Counted from the first letter of the stretch, positions 21,052 to 35,060 are shown. The stretch: 64,000 nt of DNA from Ginglymostoma cirratum (GCA_024137785.1 JAHRHZ010000004.1:19916966-19980965), one strand, 5' to 3'. Notes: generated by a model not told the origin, from the sequence alone. Program-made: numbers and translations.

Positions 21052-23885
21052 AGTCCTAGAGAGAAAAGATGCCAATTGACAATGAGTTAACAACAAGAAT
21101 ATCTCAATGCACAGATGTATCCACATAAAGGAGGGGACTGAATAATGAGACATACGAAGCCTCCCCAATAGTTTCATCCATGGGTTATGCCCTTCTCTCT
21201 CTCTCTTCCCACTTCTGCTCCCTAAGTATATGAATTCGCCTCAATTTCTTCCATTTAGTTTTCAGTGTCAGAGGCTCAGCCATGAACAAAGAGATTGTAT
21301 GTTCAGCAAGAATGAATTTCTGGGCACAAACCTAAAGTAATTTCGGAATCAAAAAGGCCAATGCATCTGGTATGATGAGATGCATTTCCTGATACCACAA
21401 GCTTCTTTGTGCTGGACTAAAAGACATGGACTTAGCCTGCTTTAGTGCATTCCCTGATTTGCAACAAACTCTCTACCCAGAATATACATGTTGTTGATAT
21501 CCCCATAAATGCCTCACATCAGCACATTACAGATGCCTGATTGAGTTGGAATGTTGTTACTTTCACGATTCTCAAATATAGAATATCAAACAGACCATTC
21601 AGGCTCATGGCAACAAACAAGCAAAATCAGTCATGCAAAGACAAATGGAATGGGCTAAATATCTTCTGGACCTATAGATTTGGCTGATCTATTCTGTCCT
21701 TTGGGATTTAAAAAGAGACACAGTGAAACACATCAGCCTCCCGCTATCCAAATATATTCTGCAGCAGCATTAGCATTTAAATTACACTGTAATAAAGTAG
21801 TAATCTCTCCCTTTCTCACTCTAATCCATTAAGAAAATGACTTTGATTTAAGCATTATTGGATAATTTCTTGTTAGTTTTCAAAGTTGTCAAAAACTAAT
21901 TTAAAAATTATCATTTCTGATGATCCTTACTGAACTTTTACAAACAGAAGGGAGACATGGTAATGGAGGACTTTCCAATTCTGACCAAGGCAGCTTTTTG
22001 TCTGTTAGTTCTTCAATGTTCAATGGGTTTCATTATCATAAAATAAAGCATGTAAGAGGCTCTAATTTGCATGTCATAGTAGCACACACTCATTAAATCA
22101 GCTCCTAAGGCTGTTAGTCCACCATTCTACCATTTTCTCATTTTGGTACCCAGCTCTTTACAAGATATAAATCAAGATAGCATCAGCCCACCTCAGCTCA
22201 TCCCTACAGTCTCTGTCTCTTTTCAGTTGATCCAAGCCAAACTTTTCTCTGATTGAGAAATGTTGATCATCATCATCATTATTGATGTTATTGTCTGTCT
22301 ATAATTTTTCCAGTTTGAAATTAGTCATGTCTTGAGATTTCCTTCTTTTACCCTTTAACCCAAGCATTTAGGGGTCTATGTTTAGGGCTGTATATTTAGG
22401 GTTTATATTTAGGGGTGTTTAAATTAACTGTTCCCAGGGATTACAGTCTCCCGGACATCAACGTGCTGGGAATGTAAATTAGACACAATCAAAGACTTGA
22501 TCCTAAATGGTCCTTCCTATGCACTAAATCAACTCAACTTAAACTAGCAGTGTCATTGAAAACACTCAGTAAACATTCATGTGTGATTTGTGAAATGGTT
22601 GCATTTATGTGAAGTCAGACAAGATTGCTGTCTGAAATCTAGGCCCACGGCGATATGGAATCAGGTTTAATTGGCAGGTCAATAGGGTTAATCCCCAAGC
22701 ACAAAGAGCTGGGAGAAGGTCATAGGTCAAAACTTTGGTCTCCTGTCAGGCCAAGAAAGAAAACATTGGCTCTTCAAGGGTGTGATTCAAAAACAAGATA
22801 CAGAATGAAAGTTCTTTGCTTAAGACACAGCAAGTTTCAGGAAATTACTAGCCTTAAAATTTGGGATAACATTGCATTTATCATTATTTTCTCTCTTACA
22901 AAGTGCATTACTTAGAAGTTGCAATTCAGTATAAAAATTTATCCTGTTCATATCTGCAAACTAAATTTAATTGTTGATTTATAATGAAACCCATCCTCGA
23001 AAATATGATTCGGCCCCTATCAGAAGTTAGCTCCAAAGTATGTGAGAAACATATGTATGTGAGGTTACACTAATTACAAAATATGGGATTTCATTGTTAC
23101 AATCTAACACGTCACGAAAAGGCTAGCCTTCAGCCAGTAAAGGTGAACTTTCAATGATAAGGAGTGTAAAGTCCACTTTCTGATTGGTATTAATGCTGAA
23201 CTTATCTGGTGAACAGATGACATTTAAAACTGTCCACCGTCCAATTCTCATCACTTAGTCTGAATTAAGGCACCAAATCTCACCTGTATCCTTCAGTACA
23301 CCCTCCTACTCCCTTCAAATTGGCTGGTAGGTCAGTGAATTCCCAAAATGCTATACCATCCAGTCTGTGCACTTTTCTTTTGGAGTTAGTGTTTCTAGAG
23401 AATAGAATGGATTATAGGAATTTCCACCACTTGTCTCTAATTATCCAAGCACAATTTCTCAGAGTCTTCTCAATCTTGCAAATGCTGATAGGATAAATTT
23501 TGAAACCCCACTCCACCCACAATACAAACCAAAACACAACATAATTGGTAGCAGACTTACACTAACCAGCTGTGTATTTTGCTGGTCAAGCTCTGCACTC
23601 AGCAGATTATAAACAGCTGAACATGCAGAAGGAAGAACAATGTATGGTTGTGGAACATGACAGATCATGAATCACTGTTCATTTCTCCCTAGTGATCCCA
23701 TAGTTGAATCTGTTCAACATAACCAGTTATTTGGCACCTTGTACCTTGTGTTAATCACTCTTCAACAAAAGAGATAATGCTGACATCCTCAGTCCTATAA
23801 CCAGAACCCAAAATATTTTCTTCTGAAATATCCACAAAGTCTACGTCTTTTTTCTGAAACTTTATTTCGCCACAGTCGCACACTG

Positions 23886-24579
23886 GATAGAATTTTGCAG
23901 CAGCAATGATTTAAAAGAGTCAGCGTTAGCAATTATTATTCCATTGAAACCGGCAGCAGTTTTGTGAGTCTGCAGATGCCCAAAATAACTTGGAAGTCTA
24001 GAAATTGCTGTCACGAGTCTACCCATCTCCATAGGTGCACTGTTGAAGATCCCCCAAACTACAATCTACAGGAAATCGCAAAGAATCCCAATGTAAAAAT
24101 CCTTCAAAAAACCATGACTAATAGCATTTGTAACAGCATACTAAGCTTATAATTATTGCTATACATTTTACTGGTCCTTAAAAGCTAATTTTATATTTAT
24201 GAAATGTCAAATTTCTCCTTTTTGATACAAAAAGTCCACATACTGTAGAATAATACCTTTTAAAGTTTGTTTTTGACATTTCATGATTTCTCTTAATCCA
24301 ATCATAATTACTGTATTTTACTATGTTAAATATTTGAAGTAAAAGTGAATGATAAAATAGTTTTCGACATTCTGCTTTGCCATTGAATGCTTCAATGTGA
24401 TTGGTTGCTTATCCTGAATGCTTAAAACCTGCTGAAGATAAGCCTAACATGGCACCAGATTTAAACAGCTGTCAGGAAAAAGGAAATTGATACCACAGTG
24501 ATACCTAGACCCTTTGGGCAGCTTTCTACAAGAACAGTAGTGTGTGCTGTTGCTTCACTGCTGATGGCAAAATTCAATC
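23886..24579. mobile_element. Candidate non-autonomous DNA transposon (MITE) with ~24-bp imperfect TIRs
   Basis: Left end gatagaattttgcagcagcaatga; reverse complement of right end gattgaattttgccatcagcagtga. No clear TSD. Confidence 0.5.
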
Positions 24580-25404
24580 TATGAAAGAAGATAGTAGCGA
24601 ACTGAGGAAAATAAGTGAGCATTCACTGACAAAATGTGGAAGAGACAACAGGAGGAACCAGTATAGAAGACCTAGTGGATTCATGCGTGTTCAGCAGTTA
24701 GGCATTTCATGAAAGGATGGAAGGGCAAGGAAATACAACCAACAGAAACATTGCTATGTCATAAAGCAAATCATTATCTGTGGGAAAAGAGAGACCATAG
24801 GCCAACATCATGGCTAGAGAGAGGAAATCTGCCACCCTTATTCAGCCTGGGTGACATGTGACTCCAAACGCATAGAAATGTAGTTGATTTTGACTGTTCT
24901 CTGAAATGGCCAAGCAAATCATTTAGTTCAGGGGCAATGGGGAAAGGCAACAAATGTTGGTCTCGCCGGCAATGATGATTTGTCAGCCCCATCCTAAAGA
25001 TTCTGCACTGAAAGAATTCTACACAATTCTAGAAAAATATACAAAAAAACAGAAAGTAGTATTGGGAAATTTCATAATAATGGCAAACATATTAATTTTT
25101 CAATAAATGTTTATATTCCATTGCTAATGTACTTCTGCCACCTCCAGTTATTCATGCAGCAAGCTAGTTGTTTTTTAAACCATGTTAACTTTATCTCATT
25201 AGAAACTGGTTCAATCAATCTGATTAAAAGTAGTTGTATGCATGGCAACCTGCAGCCAATCTGGTTCTTCAAGGGTTACAGTGGCCAGGGTCCGTCTCCA
25301 GTCTTTCCTGTCACTGTGGGAAGGTGCCAATCGTAGGGAGTGAGGGCGCATCACATTGAACTTCAACATAGGAGACAGCATCACCATCAGATGTGCCCAG
25401 TGAC

Positions 25405-25770
25405 TGACTGAGCATTGCCATGGGTCTCAATAACACAGTGAGCATCACCATGGGTCTCACATAACACACAATGAGCATTGGCATAGGTCTCACATAATGC
25501 GCAGTCAGCATTGCCATGAGTCTCACATAACACACAATAAGCATCGCCACAGGTCTCACATTAGAGGCATTGAGCATTGCCACGGGTCTCACGTAACACA
25601 CAGTGAGCATTGCCACAAGACTCACATAACACACACTGAGCATTGCCATGGGTCTCCCATAGCATACAATGAGCATCGCCATGGGTCACACATAATATGC
25701 ATTGAGCATCACTATGGGTCTCACATAAGTATGGGTCTCATACAGTGTAAGTGAGCTTCGCCATGCGTCT
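25405..25770. repeat. 33-bp minisatellite, ~11 copies
   Basis: Unit gagcattgccatgggtctcacataacacacagt; explains the 11-aa periodic ORFs. Confidence 0.9.
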
Positions 25771-26899
25771 GACGTATTACTTAGTTCACCATCATAACCC
25801 ATGTTAAAGGGAGAATAGTACAGGACTCACCCAATCTAGTTGATTAGCTCCTATCAGCAGGTTCCATTAGCAGCAATGGTATAAATAAGGAAGCTGCACC
25901 TTCCAGAACCTGCAGCGGGAAGCTATTTCAGGCTATTTGCCCAGAACACAAGAATAGATCATGAAATTGAATAATAATGCTTTACAAAAGATATGTGAAC
26001 CATGGATAAACTTCCTTATTTAGACAGACAGTTATAAAATGCCACCTCCAATGCCAAATGCATAATGTATTATTATTCCCATGGAAATAACAAAATAGGT
26101 TTTACAGATTGGGCTGCCCTGTTAGAATTGGCAGGAGGTTTAAAAGCTCTGCAATTAAATTTCATCACACAGAGAAACTTTATGTTTACTTAACTGGACT
26201 GGCATCGATAGAGGACCTTAACTCTCACAGGGTGAACGTTGGCTGTATACCAGTCACAGCTACATTTCTCATCAGCCAAATACAGCAAAGGAGTGTGGAG
26301 TTTATAAAACTTTCCAAAAAGGCCACGGTAATCAAAGTCAGAGCTTCAGTTATTAAACAATCAACAAGCAAGTTACAATTTGCAATGGGTTGTTAAAACA
26401 TATAACATAGCATCACCATGCCATGCAAAATATCACAGAGCCCTGGAATTTCTATCCCATAGTATCTGTTTCCTTTTAATAAACCAGCCTTTATACTCTC
26501 CTTAGAAACATAGTGTCTGCTACATATCAAATTCACCTATTTCCTTCTTCGTAAGTTCTCTGCCAGAAGACAATCTGACTCCATACCATGATTCCACCAT
26601 GGGTAGGGTAAGGAGCCAGGTCCCAAATTCACCCCAGCTGGAATAGAAATCAAATACAATGCCACCCACGCCAATCTGATCCACATCAGCCACCCAGCCA
26701 ACTAATCCACCAGTCCTCACAGAATCCACGTTGCTGGGCAATGTACACTTTCACTGGCATGTTGTAGCCTGGAACTACAGATATTGATGGTAGAGTCTCC
26801 AAATTCTTCCCAGGACAGGGCTGACCAGGAATCTCTTCCACTCTTACTGCCTTCATCAGCATAAGACAGTTAAAAGAAACACAAATTGGGTCACTAATA

Positions 26900-27065
26900 C
26901 AAACACAAAATACTGTGGGAAATCTGAAATAAAATTTAAAAAATGCTGGAAGTACTCAGTTGACCGGGTAGCAACTGTGGAAGGAGAAAAAAAAGTTAGC
27001 ATTTTAATATCAGAGATTCTGATGGGAGGTCATTAATCTGAAATGTTAACTGTGTTTCTTTCTTC
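26900..27065. mobile_element. Old inverted pair of family-B-like PLE terminal repeats
   Basis: A minus copy (gaaatctgaaataaaa...tgctggaagtactcag) is followed by a plus copy ctgatgggaggtcattaatctgaaatgttaactgtgtttct. Confidence 0.55.
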
Positions 27066-28043
27066 TATAACACCAATGGGATGCTGGGCTGTATTAAACA
27101 TGCCCCAAAGAACTAAGATGAAGCCACATAGCACTCTTGGGATCAAGCACTCAGATGGTGTGTGGAGTTCTGGTTGCTGAAATAATAGCTCGGAGAGACA
27201 TTGCAGAGATTTATGAGGTTGATCAATGGTATCAGAAGGATAAACTGGGTGGAATGATTTTATAAGCTAGAGCTGTTCACTCTCAGAAGCTTGGAGAGGT
27301 CAGAATGCAAGATGTTTAGTGCAATAGAGAAAATGAACACAAAGGAGTATTATCATGTACATCAAACAGCAGGACAAAATGATACTGCATCAAGAGACAA
27401 CTCGTGGGTAAGGCCAAAAAGCTAGACTTACTTATGAAACATTCAGTGTTGTAATGAAGAGATGCTGTGCTGGTGTTCTGGAAACTTGAGATCAGATGGG
27501 TTCTACTAATATTGTGATTTCACAGGCACCAACTACCACTCTGACATCTCATCCGAAGAACAATGTTAAGTTTTGAGCCTAAAGAAGAAGCATTCAAATC
27601 CTACCACTTGGATCACTGTCCACCCTTCAACGTCACTGGCACACTGGGATTGTAATATGCACCATATACCAAATCTATAGCAGAAGCATCCTGTTTATTT
27701 CTTACCGCTAATAGCAGGAGTAATGATGCTAATTGCAGCACCATTATTGAGTTTCCCTTTCAGTCCCCCCAGCTAATGTAGTATGTATGAAAATATGGTC
27801 TCTTCAAATCTGTACCAATTCAGGTGGTATCTTTACCGTCTTGTCATCATACTCCTGCCTCCTGTGATTTCAGCAACTGTTTAGATCCTAGTTCTTATAG
27901 TCTATAGTCATTGGAAGATTTAACTCCAGTAGACTATGTTTGTGTCTAAGGATCCATGTGGTCTTATCCCAGCAAACACTTCTCCATGATGAACCTAAAT
28001 GCCAACATACTGAACTGCCCAAAAAAGTAAGACTTCGATGACT

Positions 28044-28170
28044 TACTGAAGAAGGGTCCCAACTCGAAACATCAACTTCCCTGCTCCTCTGATGCTGCCT
28101 GGCCTGCTGTGCTCCTCCAGCTCCACACTGTGTTATATCTGGCTCCAGCATCAGCAGTTCGTACTCTCTC
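28044..28170 (+). mobile_element. Short hammerhead-headed PLE-derived insertion (family A-like) with ~14-bp TSD
   Basis: taCTGAAGAAGGGTCCCAACTCGAAACATC...; flanks agacttcgatgact (28030-43) and agactttgatgtct (28171-84). Confidence 0.8.
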
Positions 28171-28439
28171 AGACTTTGATGTCTAGCCTTGCCCATTGGT
28201 ACTTTACTCTGCCCATCAATACCCCACACAGTGAATGGGCTATAGATCAGACAGAAGCAGGGAAGACTTCTGTTTAAGGTTTAAATTACCTGGTAACTGA
28301 AAGTAAACATGTATTATTTTAAAAAATAGAAACAGAATCAGGCTTTTTCGCACTTCAGGGTGCCCTATCATTTCATAAGATGATGGCTGTCTCACTACAG
28401 ATTGAAACAGGTCATCACAGTTTAGGAAGGGTGTGAAGA

Positions 28440-28915
28440 CAGAAGATTTGATGTAGAAAAGATTTACAGGATAGTTCTGGGGATGAGAGACTCTTTTACA
28501 TTGATGGATGGGTAAAGCTGGGGCTGTTCTCTCTAGGGAAGAGAATGTGCTCAAAATTTTGTAGGGCCTGAATGGAATCAACGGGCAGACATTGTTCCCT
28601 TTGGCAGATGGGTCAAGAACCAGAGGATTCTGATTTGAGACATTTGGCAAAAGAACCAAATGTGACACAAGGAAAAGCCTTATTTTGTAGTGAGTGTTTG
28701 GGATCTGGAATACATTGCCTTAGTTTTGAGTAAAGGCAGATTCAATTGTAGCTTTTAAAAAGGAATTGGATAATTATTAGCAGAGAAAAACTTTGCAAGG
28801 CTGTGTGGAAAAGACAGGGAACAGTAGAACATTCTGAATAGGGTGACAGAGAGCCAATACAGATTTGATGGGATGAATGGCCTTAGTGTGTACAATAACC
28901 ATTCTATGACTCTAT
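28440..28915 (+). mobile_element. CR1-type LINE 3' fragment
   Basis: gctggggctgttctct...tcaagaaccagagga...ggatctggaatacattgcct...tgaatggcct...ttctatgactctat. Confidence 0.75.
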
Positions 28916-29189
28916 AACTGAGTTATTTCATTCTGACAGATCCAGGCTAGTAGTTGATTGTTGTACATGGCTATTGCTCATTTAAAAATGCATTTCCTTT
29001 GATTATTTTGGCTTGTTTTGAAAGGTTATATAAACTCTGAGCTCTATCTAATCAACTTGGCTTGATGGAGGCAGCAGATTTGGCTACAAGACACAAGTCT
29101 GAACTTTCCAGTTGTGTGGCAACATTTTTTTTCAGAAACTTGTTTTTTTTCTCACAAGGGAAATTCCTTTCTCAAAGTCTTAGAAGGGA

Positions 29190-29580
29190 TCCTGTGTTTG
29201 TGTGTGTTATCTGTGTATTTGTATCTGTATATGTATCTCTGTATGAATGTATCTGTTTGTGTATTGTGTATCTGTATTTGTGTATCTGTGTGTATATATG
29301 TACGTCTGTGCGTATCTGTGTGATTATATCTGTGTGTATGTATCTGCTTGTGTATCTATGTATCTGTGTTTGTGAGTCTCTGTGTGTCTATGTATCTTTA
29401 AATGTTTATCTGTGTGCATTTGTTTTTATGTATTTGTGTGTATATTAGTATGTGTATGTATCTGTATATGTGTGCCTGTGTGTATCTGTATGTGTGTATA
29501 TATCTGTATGTGTATATCTATGTGTGTTGCATGTATCTCTGTATATGTATCTGTACATCTGTATCTGAGTGTGTGTCAGC
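29190..29580. repeat. Degenerate TG/TGTA/TCTG microsatellite
   Basis: Low-complexity tgtatctgtgtg runs. Confidence 0.85.
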
Positions 29581-30169
29581 AAATCTGATAAAGAGCTTGA
29601 CCATTCTAAGTGAAGAGGTGGGAAGTGGAAGGACGTCGTTTCTGTAATTTTTCAGCTCAATCTGCTGCTAACACACCAACAGTGAAAGTTGACCTTTAAC
29701 CAACATCTCAGAGACAAGATAAGACTTGCAAAATGTCAGGGTTTGTGAATAAAGAAGCACTTAAACATTTCTGCTCATTAAACTGCTTTAATACTCATTC
29801 TAGTTTTATTTCCTGATCTCTCAAATACTGCCCAACACAACCTAATCAGAAGAGTTGATAGGCAGCAAGTAAGCTGCACCACATCCTCCACCAATACCGC
29901 TGTCTGCAGACACTAGATAAAAGGAGTTTGTCTGAAATCTCCCTTTGCTCCTCTGTCCTCCTTATGCCTTAGCAACATCGCAGATTAGGAAAAGCCAATA
30001 CAGGCTATGTACAATCTAGCCTATTATGGATTCCATGATTGTTCATTCCATTTTCAGACAGAATGTTTTACATAAATATAGTACTTCCTAAATCCTGAGG
30101 ACAAAAAAAAAGTGTTCCCCTATCCTCAGGGTCTTCTCCACAGGTGACCTGAAAAGCAGACTTAACAGT

Positions 30170-30625
30170 TATAAAGAGATTTGAGACAGTAGATGTGGAG
30201 AAGTTTCCACTTGTTGGGAAATCCAAAACTAGGAGCCAAAAAATAAATGATCATCATATATGAATCTGAAAGGATTGAAGAGAAACCTCTCGACTCAGAC
30301 AATGGTGAGTACTTTTCATTCGCTGTCATATGGAGTTAATGAAAGTGAACAGGAAATATGCATTTAAGGATATAAAATAGAAGTAGGAGGAGGTCATTCA
30401 GTAGCTTGGTCTGTTATTCAGTAAAATCATGGCTACCCTTTACCTCTACTCCACCTTCCTACATTAATCCCATATCCCCTGATGAGAAGATTGAATGGCA
30501 AACTGGATAAGTACAAGAGAAAATAGATAGATAGATGTGAGATGGTAAGAGGCCCATATGGAACATAAAACATCATTGACCTATTGGGCTGAATGGTCTC
30601 ATTGTGCTGTAAATTTAATGTATAT
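30170..30625 (+). mobile_element. Degenerate CR1-type 3' fragment(s)
   Basis: gtagatgtggagaagtttccacttgttgggaaatccaaaactagg...ttgggctgaatggtctcattgtgctgtaaatt. Confidence 0.6.
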
Positions 30626-31261
30626 TCTGCTCTACTGGCCTTACACAATCATTTCCACCCCCCACAAGAAGAAATGGAGCAATTAATATTTTTGGAATCG
30701 ATTATATCCTCATGATACTCCAAGATTTGTCCTAGATGTCTGTCAATTTTTTCTAATGGGTCACATTTGTCTTTCCTCTGTAGATTCATCATATGCCTTA
30801 AAATACTGGGTCATCTGAGCTTGGCACGTGTAACATCACAGAGGAGCACCCACTCCATATCTGCAGCTACACACAATACACTCTCTCCTGTGTTCACCTC
30901 AGGTCTAATTAGAAAGGACCTTGTTCACAATCTTTCGAAAGGCAACATGTTGCACTGTGTCATTTTATGACCTTTGGACTTGTCTTTTAAAAGGGCTAAT
31001 TCCCTCATTATTTCATACTCCACAAACAATGGTAGAGCTCTAGACAAATACCACTTCATTAATATTAATATGTATTACTCAATACGCACAGTGTCAGCCT
31101 GTGAACAGAGTCAATGCAGATAATACTTAACTCCAAGTATGGTATTCATGCACACTGCCTTCAACTGGGAATGGAATCCATATAGAAGAGAACGTTGAAT
31201 GGAATATACTTTATATTTGCAACTCCTCCCAACAGATACTTTTACTTGAGTAATATATTTA

Positions 31262-31450
31262 ATATCCTTGAAGGAAGGAAATCTGCCATCTTTACCTGGT
31301 CTGTGATACATGTGATCTCAGGCCCACAGTGATGCGATTAACCTTTAACTACCCTCCAAAATGGCTTAGAGAACTAGTCCATTCAAGGGCACGTAGGGAT
31401 GGACAACAAATGCCAGCCTGACCAACGATACTTGCATACCAAACAAGGAT
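31262..31450 (+). mobile_element. 5'-truncated copy of the same SINE family (others at ~24815-24995 and ~53385-53485)
   Basis: gaaggaaatctgccatctttacctggtct...ttcaagggcacgtagggatggacaacaaatgccagcc. Confidence 0.7.
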
Positions 31451-33261
31451 TACCATACAAGGTTTGTTAAAATCATACAAGACACAGAAAGAGAGAGACT
31501 TGGTATGATTTCTATCTCATAGAGATAACGTTTGAATTAAAATGCAGGTGGTGAATTTACCATCTCATTCTATGTTGTGCCATCATTTTTACTGTGGCCA
31601 TCTGGTGGGTAGCAATGGTGCCTGCCCTGCATTTTGTGAATGCCTCATTAATCTGAGTAAGACAGGATCCTGTGGCACACATAGGATGCTGGGGCCACTT
31701 TAATTACCGATCAGGCAAGGCGCCCAGTGTGGGTAATTTAATGAACAAAACCTGGCAGTGGAGCAGGATGCCTAAAAAGCATTAGAATTATTGCTTTGAG
31801 ACAGGGTGGAGGGGCTACACCTCTAAAATGAACCATATTGGCCACTGGAACTGCAGGTCCTCTTTCTCCATGTTCACAATCATCTCCCCAAACACCCCCC
31901 AACTCCACACTGACCTATCCTTTTCGAGGATTGTGTATGATCTGCCCAATATTGTACTGCAATGCCAGATTGCATTATGCCACCATTCAGATATGGACCT
32001 TACTACTTATATGTTAATGAGACTCGGCCCTTCAAATGAGCGGGGCTTTTGCTGGCACGATCATGCAGTTATGCACTGGCAGTCAACCACCTAATAATTA
32101 AAATCCACAGCATTGGCCTCACCCATGGCATCTCAAAAGCTGCATTAGGAATCCTTTGCGAGCATGTTAACTCATTCAGTGGCAGCTCTGACAAAGGGCG
32201 AAGGGTGCTGACATTCTGCAGCAGGAGAACAGTCGCTTGTGTCAGCCCATTTATCCAACAATTTCAATTTGAAGCAACAATCCAAAAATAATCTGGTTAT
32301 GTAACCAAACCAGCTGACTGGGAGTTCTGAAGTAGATTGAGGTGTGGTTCATGAATGGATTTACTGGTGGGAAGACTCAAGGATCTGGATCGCCTTGTTC
32401 TGTTCCTATGAGTTGGGAAATAAAGCATTATTTGAAAACCTAACAAATTACATTGGGAGACAATAAACAGGAGCCGATCCACCTCCTGCAGAATCAGTTA
32501 CCTGCAGGTCTAACTCATCAGCTTACTTAATAAACCAGCCATTTTATCTTTTGTTTCTTCTAAGCTTCAAACAGTTCATCCAACAGAGACCCTGTCCCTG
32601 CTATAGTCTCCCTGTGTTGCAATCAAGGTATTTACTGTCTTCTACATATTTTCCAGGGATCTCAATACTGAGGAATTCTTCTCTTTCCTTCATTGTCCCT
32701 TCCTCATGCCCTTCATAGACTTTGCAAACTCCACCTGGAATCAACTAATACTGCTTTCTGATGATGCTTGACCCCACTTTTTTCCAATCTTGATAAACGT
32801 CCTGCACTATAATTTTTAACTGTTCATCCAGGTTTGCTAATGATGAGTGTTGGTTCCAGTTTGTCACAGCGTTGGAACAGAACTTAAATCCTGCAGTACA
32901 TTGTGGGAAAAAAGTCATCAATTTACTTGCTTAGTTACAATCAATTAAAGCATTTCTGCAAATGAGACTAAGTTTGTCCCTCAGATAACCCATATCATAA
33001 ATCATTAATGTTCTAGCAGGGATTCTCTTCACAAGTTTATACTGAAGGGCTGGAAACTGGTCATGTGATTGCCCCCCTCATTCAGGAAACAGGGCGGGGA
33101 CTGAAACATGGAATGGAGCAAAGAGTAAAGATGAAAATACGTGGTGAGAAATGGGAAAGCCNNNNNNNNNNNNNNNNNNNNNNNNNNNNNNNNNNNNNNN
33201 NNNNNNNNNNNNNNNNNNNNNNNNNNNNNNNNNNNNNNNNNNNNNNNNNNNNNNNNNNNNN

Positions 33262-33418
33262 CACAGCAGGCCAAGCAGCATCTTAGGAGCAGGAAAGCTT
33301 GACGTTTCAGGCCTAGACCATTTCTGATGAAGGGTCTAGGCCCGAAACGTCAAGCTTTCCTGCTCCTAAGATGCTGCTTGGCCTGCTGTGTTCATCCAGC
33401 TCCACACCTTGTTATCTT
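33262..33418. mobile_element. Inverted pair of PLE terminal repeats (family A)
   Basis: 33262-33318 is the reverse complement (one mismatch seen) of about 33333-33390; the left end runs into an N-gap. Confidence 0.85.
33321..33354 (+). ncRNA. Minimal type I hammerhead ribozyme motif (PLE-associated)
   Basis: ttt-CTGATGA-A-GGGT(CTAG)GCCC-GAAACGTC-aag; all core positions intact. Confidence 0.75.
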
Positions 33419-33841
33419 GGGACAAAGAATGAAGGGTTTTGTGAATCATCACAGCCTAGTTTTATTTACATCATTGCAATGCTTAGAGACAAAGAGCATT
33501 CATAGAAAAAGCTTAGCTTCAAAGAGCATAAGAAGGTTCCGAAAGGTATCAGACGTCTAGCAAATGCCAACCTCTGTCACAGTGCTCTGTTATCCACCAG
33601 TTGTTGACTGCCGAAATGCCAAGACATGAATGTATAAACATCTCACCCACATTCCAAATTGCAATTGCCTTCTTTCTCATGCACCATTAGGAGCTGATTA
33701 TTGGGTCACTCCCCACCCAGCAGCAATAGATTGAGATTCACAGAACATTCAAACATCAGAGGATGTTGTTCAAATTATTCCAATCCATTTGGAGGATCTT
33801 ACTGGACATCTGGTATAAACTGTGATCTTCAACTGACATGA

Positions 33842-33919
33842 TCCCGAAACGTCAAGTTTTCCTGCTCCTATGATGCTGCTTGACCTGCTGTGTTCATCCA
33901 GCCCCATGCTTGTTATCTC
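33842..33919 (+). mobile_element. 78-bp family-A PLE terminal fragment present in only one copy of a tandem duplication
   Basis: The empty site gacatgaaaat is seen in the paralogous copy (~34586); the filled site shows a 3-bp tga duplication. Confidence 0.85.
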
Positions 33920-34744
33920 TGAAAATGTTCATATTTGAGTTTGGAGAATGGGTTGGAAAGACACAAAGAGAAGAAAATAAAAAAGCACATTGAAAGAGGA
34001 GATATTAAAAATGTTGTCTCTGGGCATTCTGATTTGCTCTGTAATATGGGTCCAGTGATGTGTGTGAACAATAATTGAGACAGTTAGAATGATCAATACT
34101 GAGAGAGAGACAGTACAGATTGATCAGTACTCAGAGTGAAACAGTACAGAGCTAACATGTCAGGCCAAAATCCAAGTGGAGATGGGAAAGATCAAGCTCA
34201 GTGTCTGATGTTCACATTGAAATTTACCAAAAACTGAAGCAAAGTTGAATACTTCCATATTGTAAATTAAAGGAAACTGACTTTGATTATTTTAAATAAG
34301 CAAACTTGCAGAATCTAGTTTAGACATGTTGAAATAGCTGACTTGAAAACACGCGTATGAGCCAAATCCATGATGACTATGGGCCAATATCTCATCCACA
34401 TTCCAAATTGCAATTGCCTCCTTTCTCCTGCACCATTTTTGAGCTGATTAATGGGTCACTCCCCACCCAGCAGCAACAGATTGAGATTCACAGCACATTC
34501 AAGCATCAGAGGCTGTTGATCAAATTATTCCAATCCATTTGGAGGATCTTACTGGACATTTAGTATAAACTGTGATCTTCAATTGACATGAAAATATCCA
34601 TCTTTGAGTTTGGAGAATGGGTTGGAAAGACACAGAGAAGAAAATAAAAAAGCACATTGAAAGGGGAGATACTAAAAATGTGGACTCTAGGCATCCTGAT
34701 ATGCTCTGTAATATGGGTCCAGTGATGTGTGCAAACAATAAGTA

Positions 34745-35060
34745 AGACAGTTAGAATGATCAATACTGAGGGTGAGACAGTACAGATCGATCAGTACTGA
34801 GACTAAGACAGTTAGAAAGATCAGTACTGAGAGTGAGACAGTACAGATTGATCAATACTGAGTGAGAGAGCATAGATTGATCAGTACTGAGAGTGAGACA
34901 GTACAGTCTGTTTAGTGCTGAGAGTGAGACAGTACAGACTGTTCAATGCTGAGAGTGAGACAGTACAGATTGATCAGTACTAACAGTGAGACAGTGCAGA
35001 CTGATTAATATTGAGAGTGAGACAGTACAGACTGACCAATACAGAGAGTGAAACAGTACA
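34745..35060. repeat. 31-bp minisatellite, ~10 copies
   Basis: Unit gatcagtactgagagtgagacagtacagatt. Confidence 0.9.

Noticed and set aside
22386-22420. Telomere-like TTTAGGG repeats
   Set aside because: Only four spaced copies in a ~13-bp micro-repeat; not a telomeric array.
25311-25754. Periodic ORFs and CRISPR-like look of the 33-bp array
   Set aside because: Contiguous tandem units with no unique spacers, in a vertebrate genome.
29062-29647. Cys/Val/Tyr-rich ORFs
   Set aside because: Translations of a TG-rich microsatellite.
34745-35060. 31-bp array as CRISPR
   Set aside because: No spacers; ordinary minisatellite.
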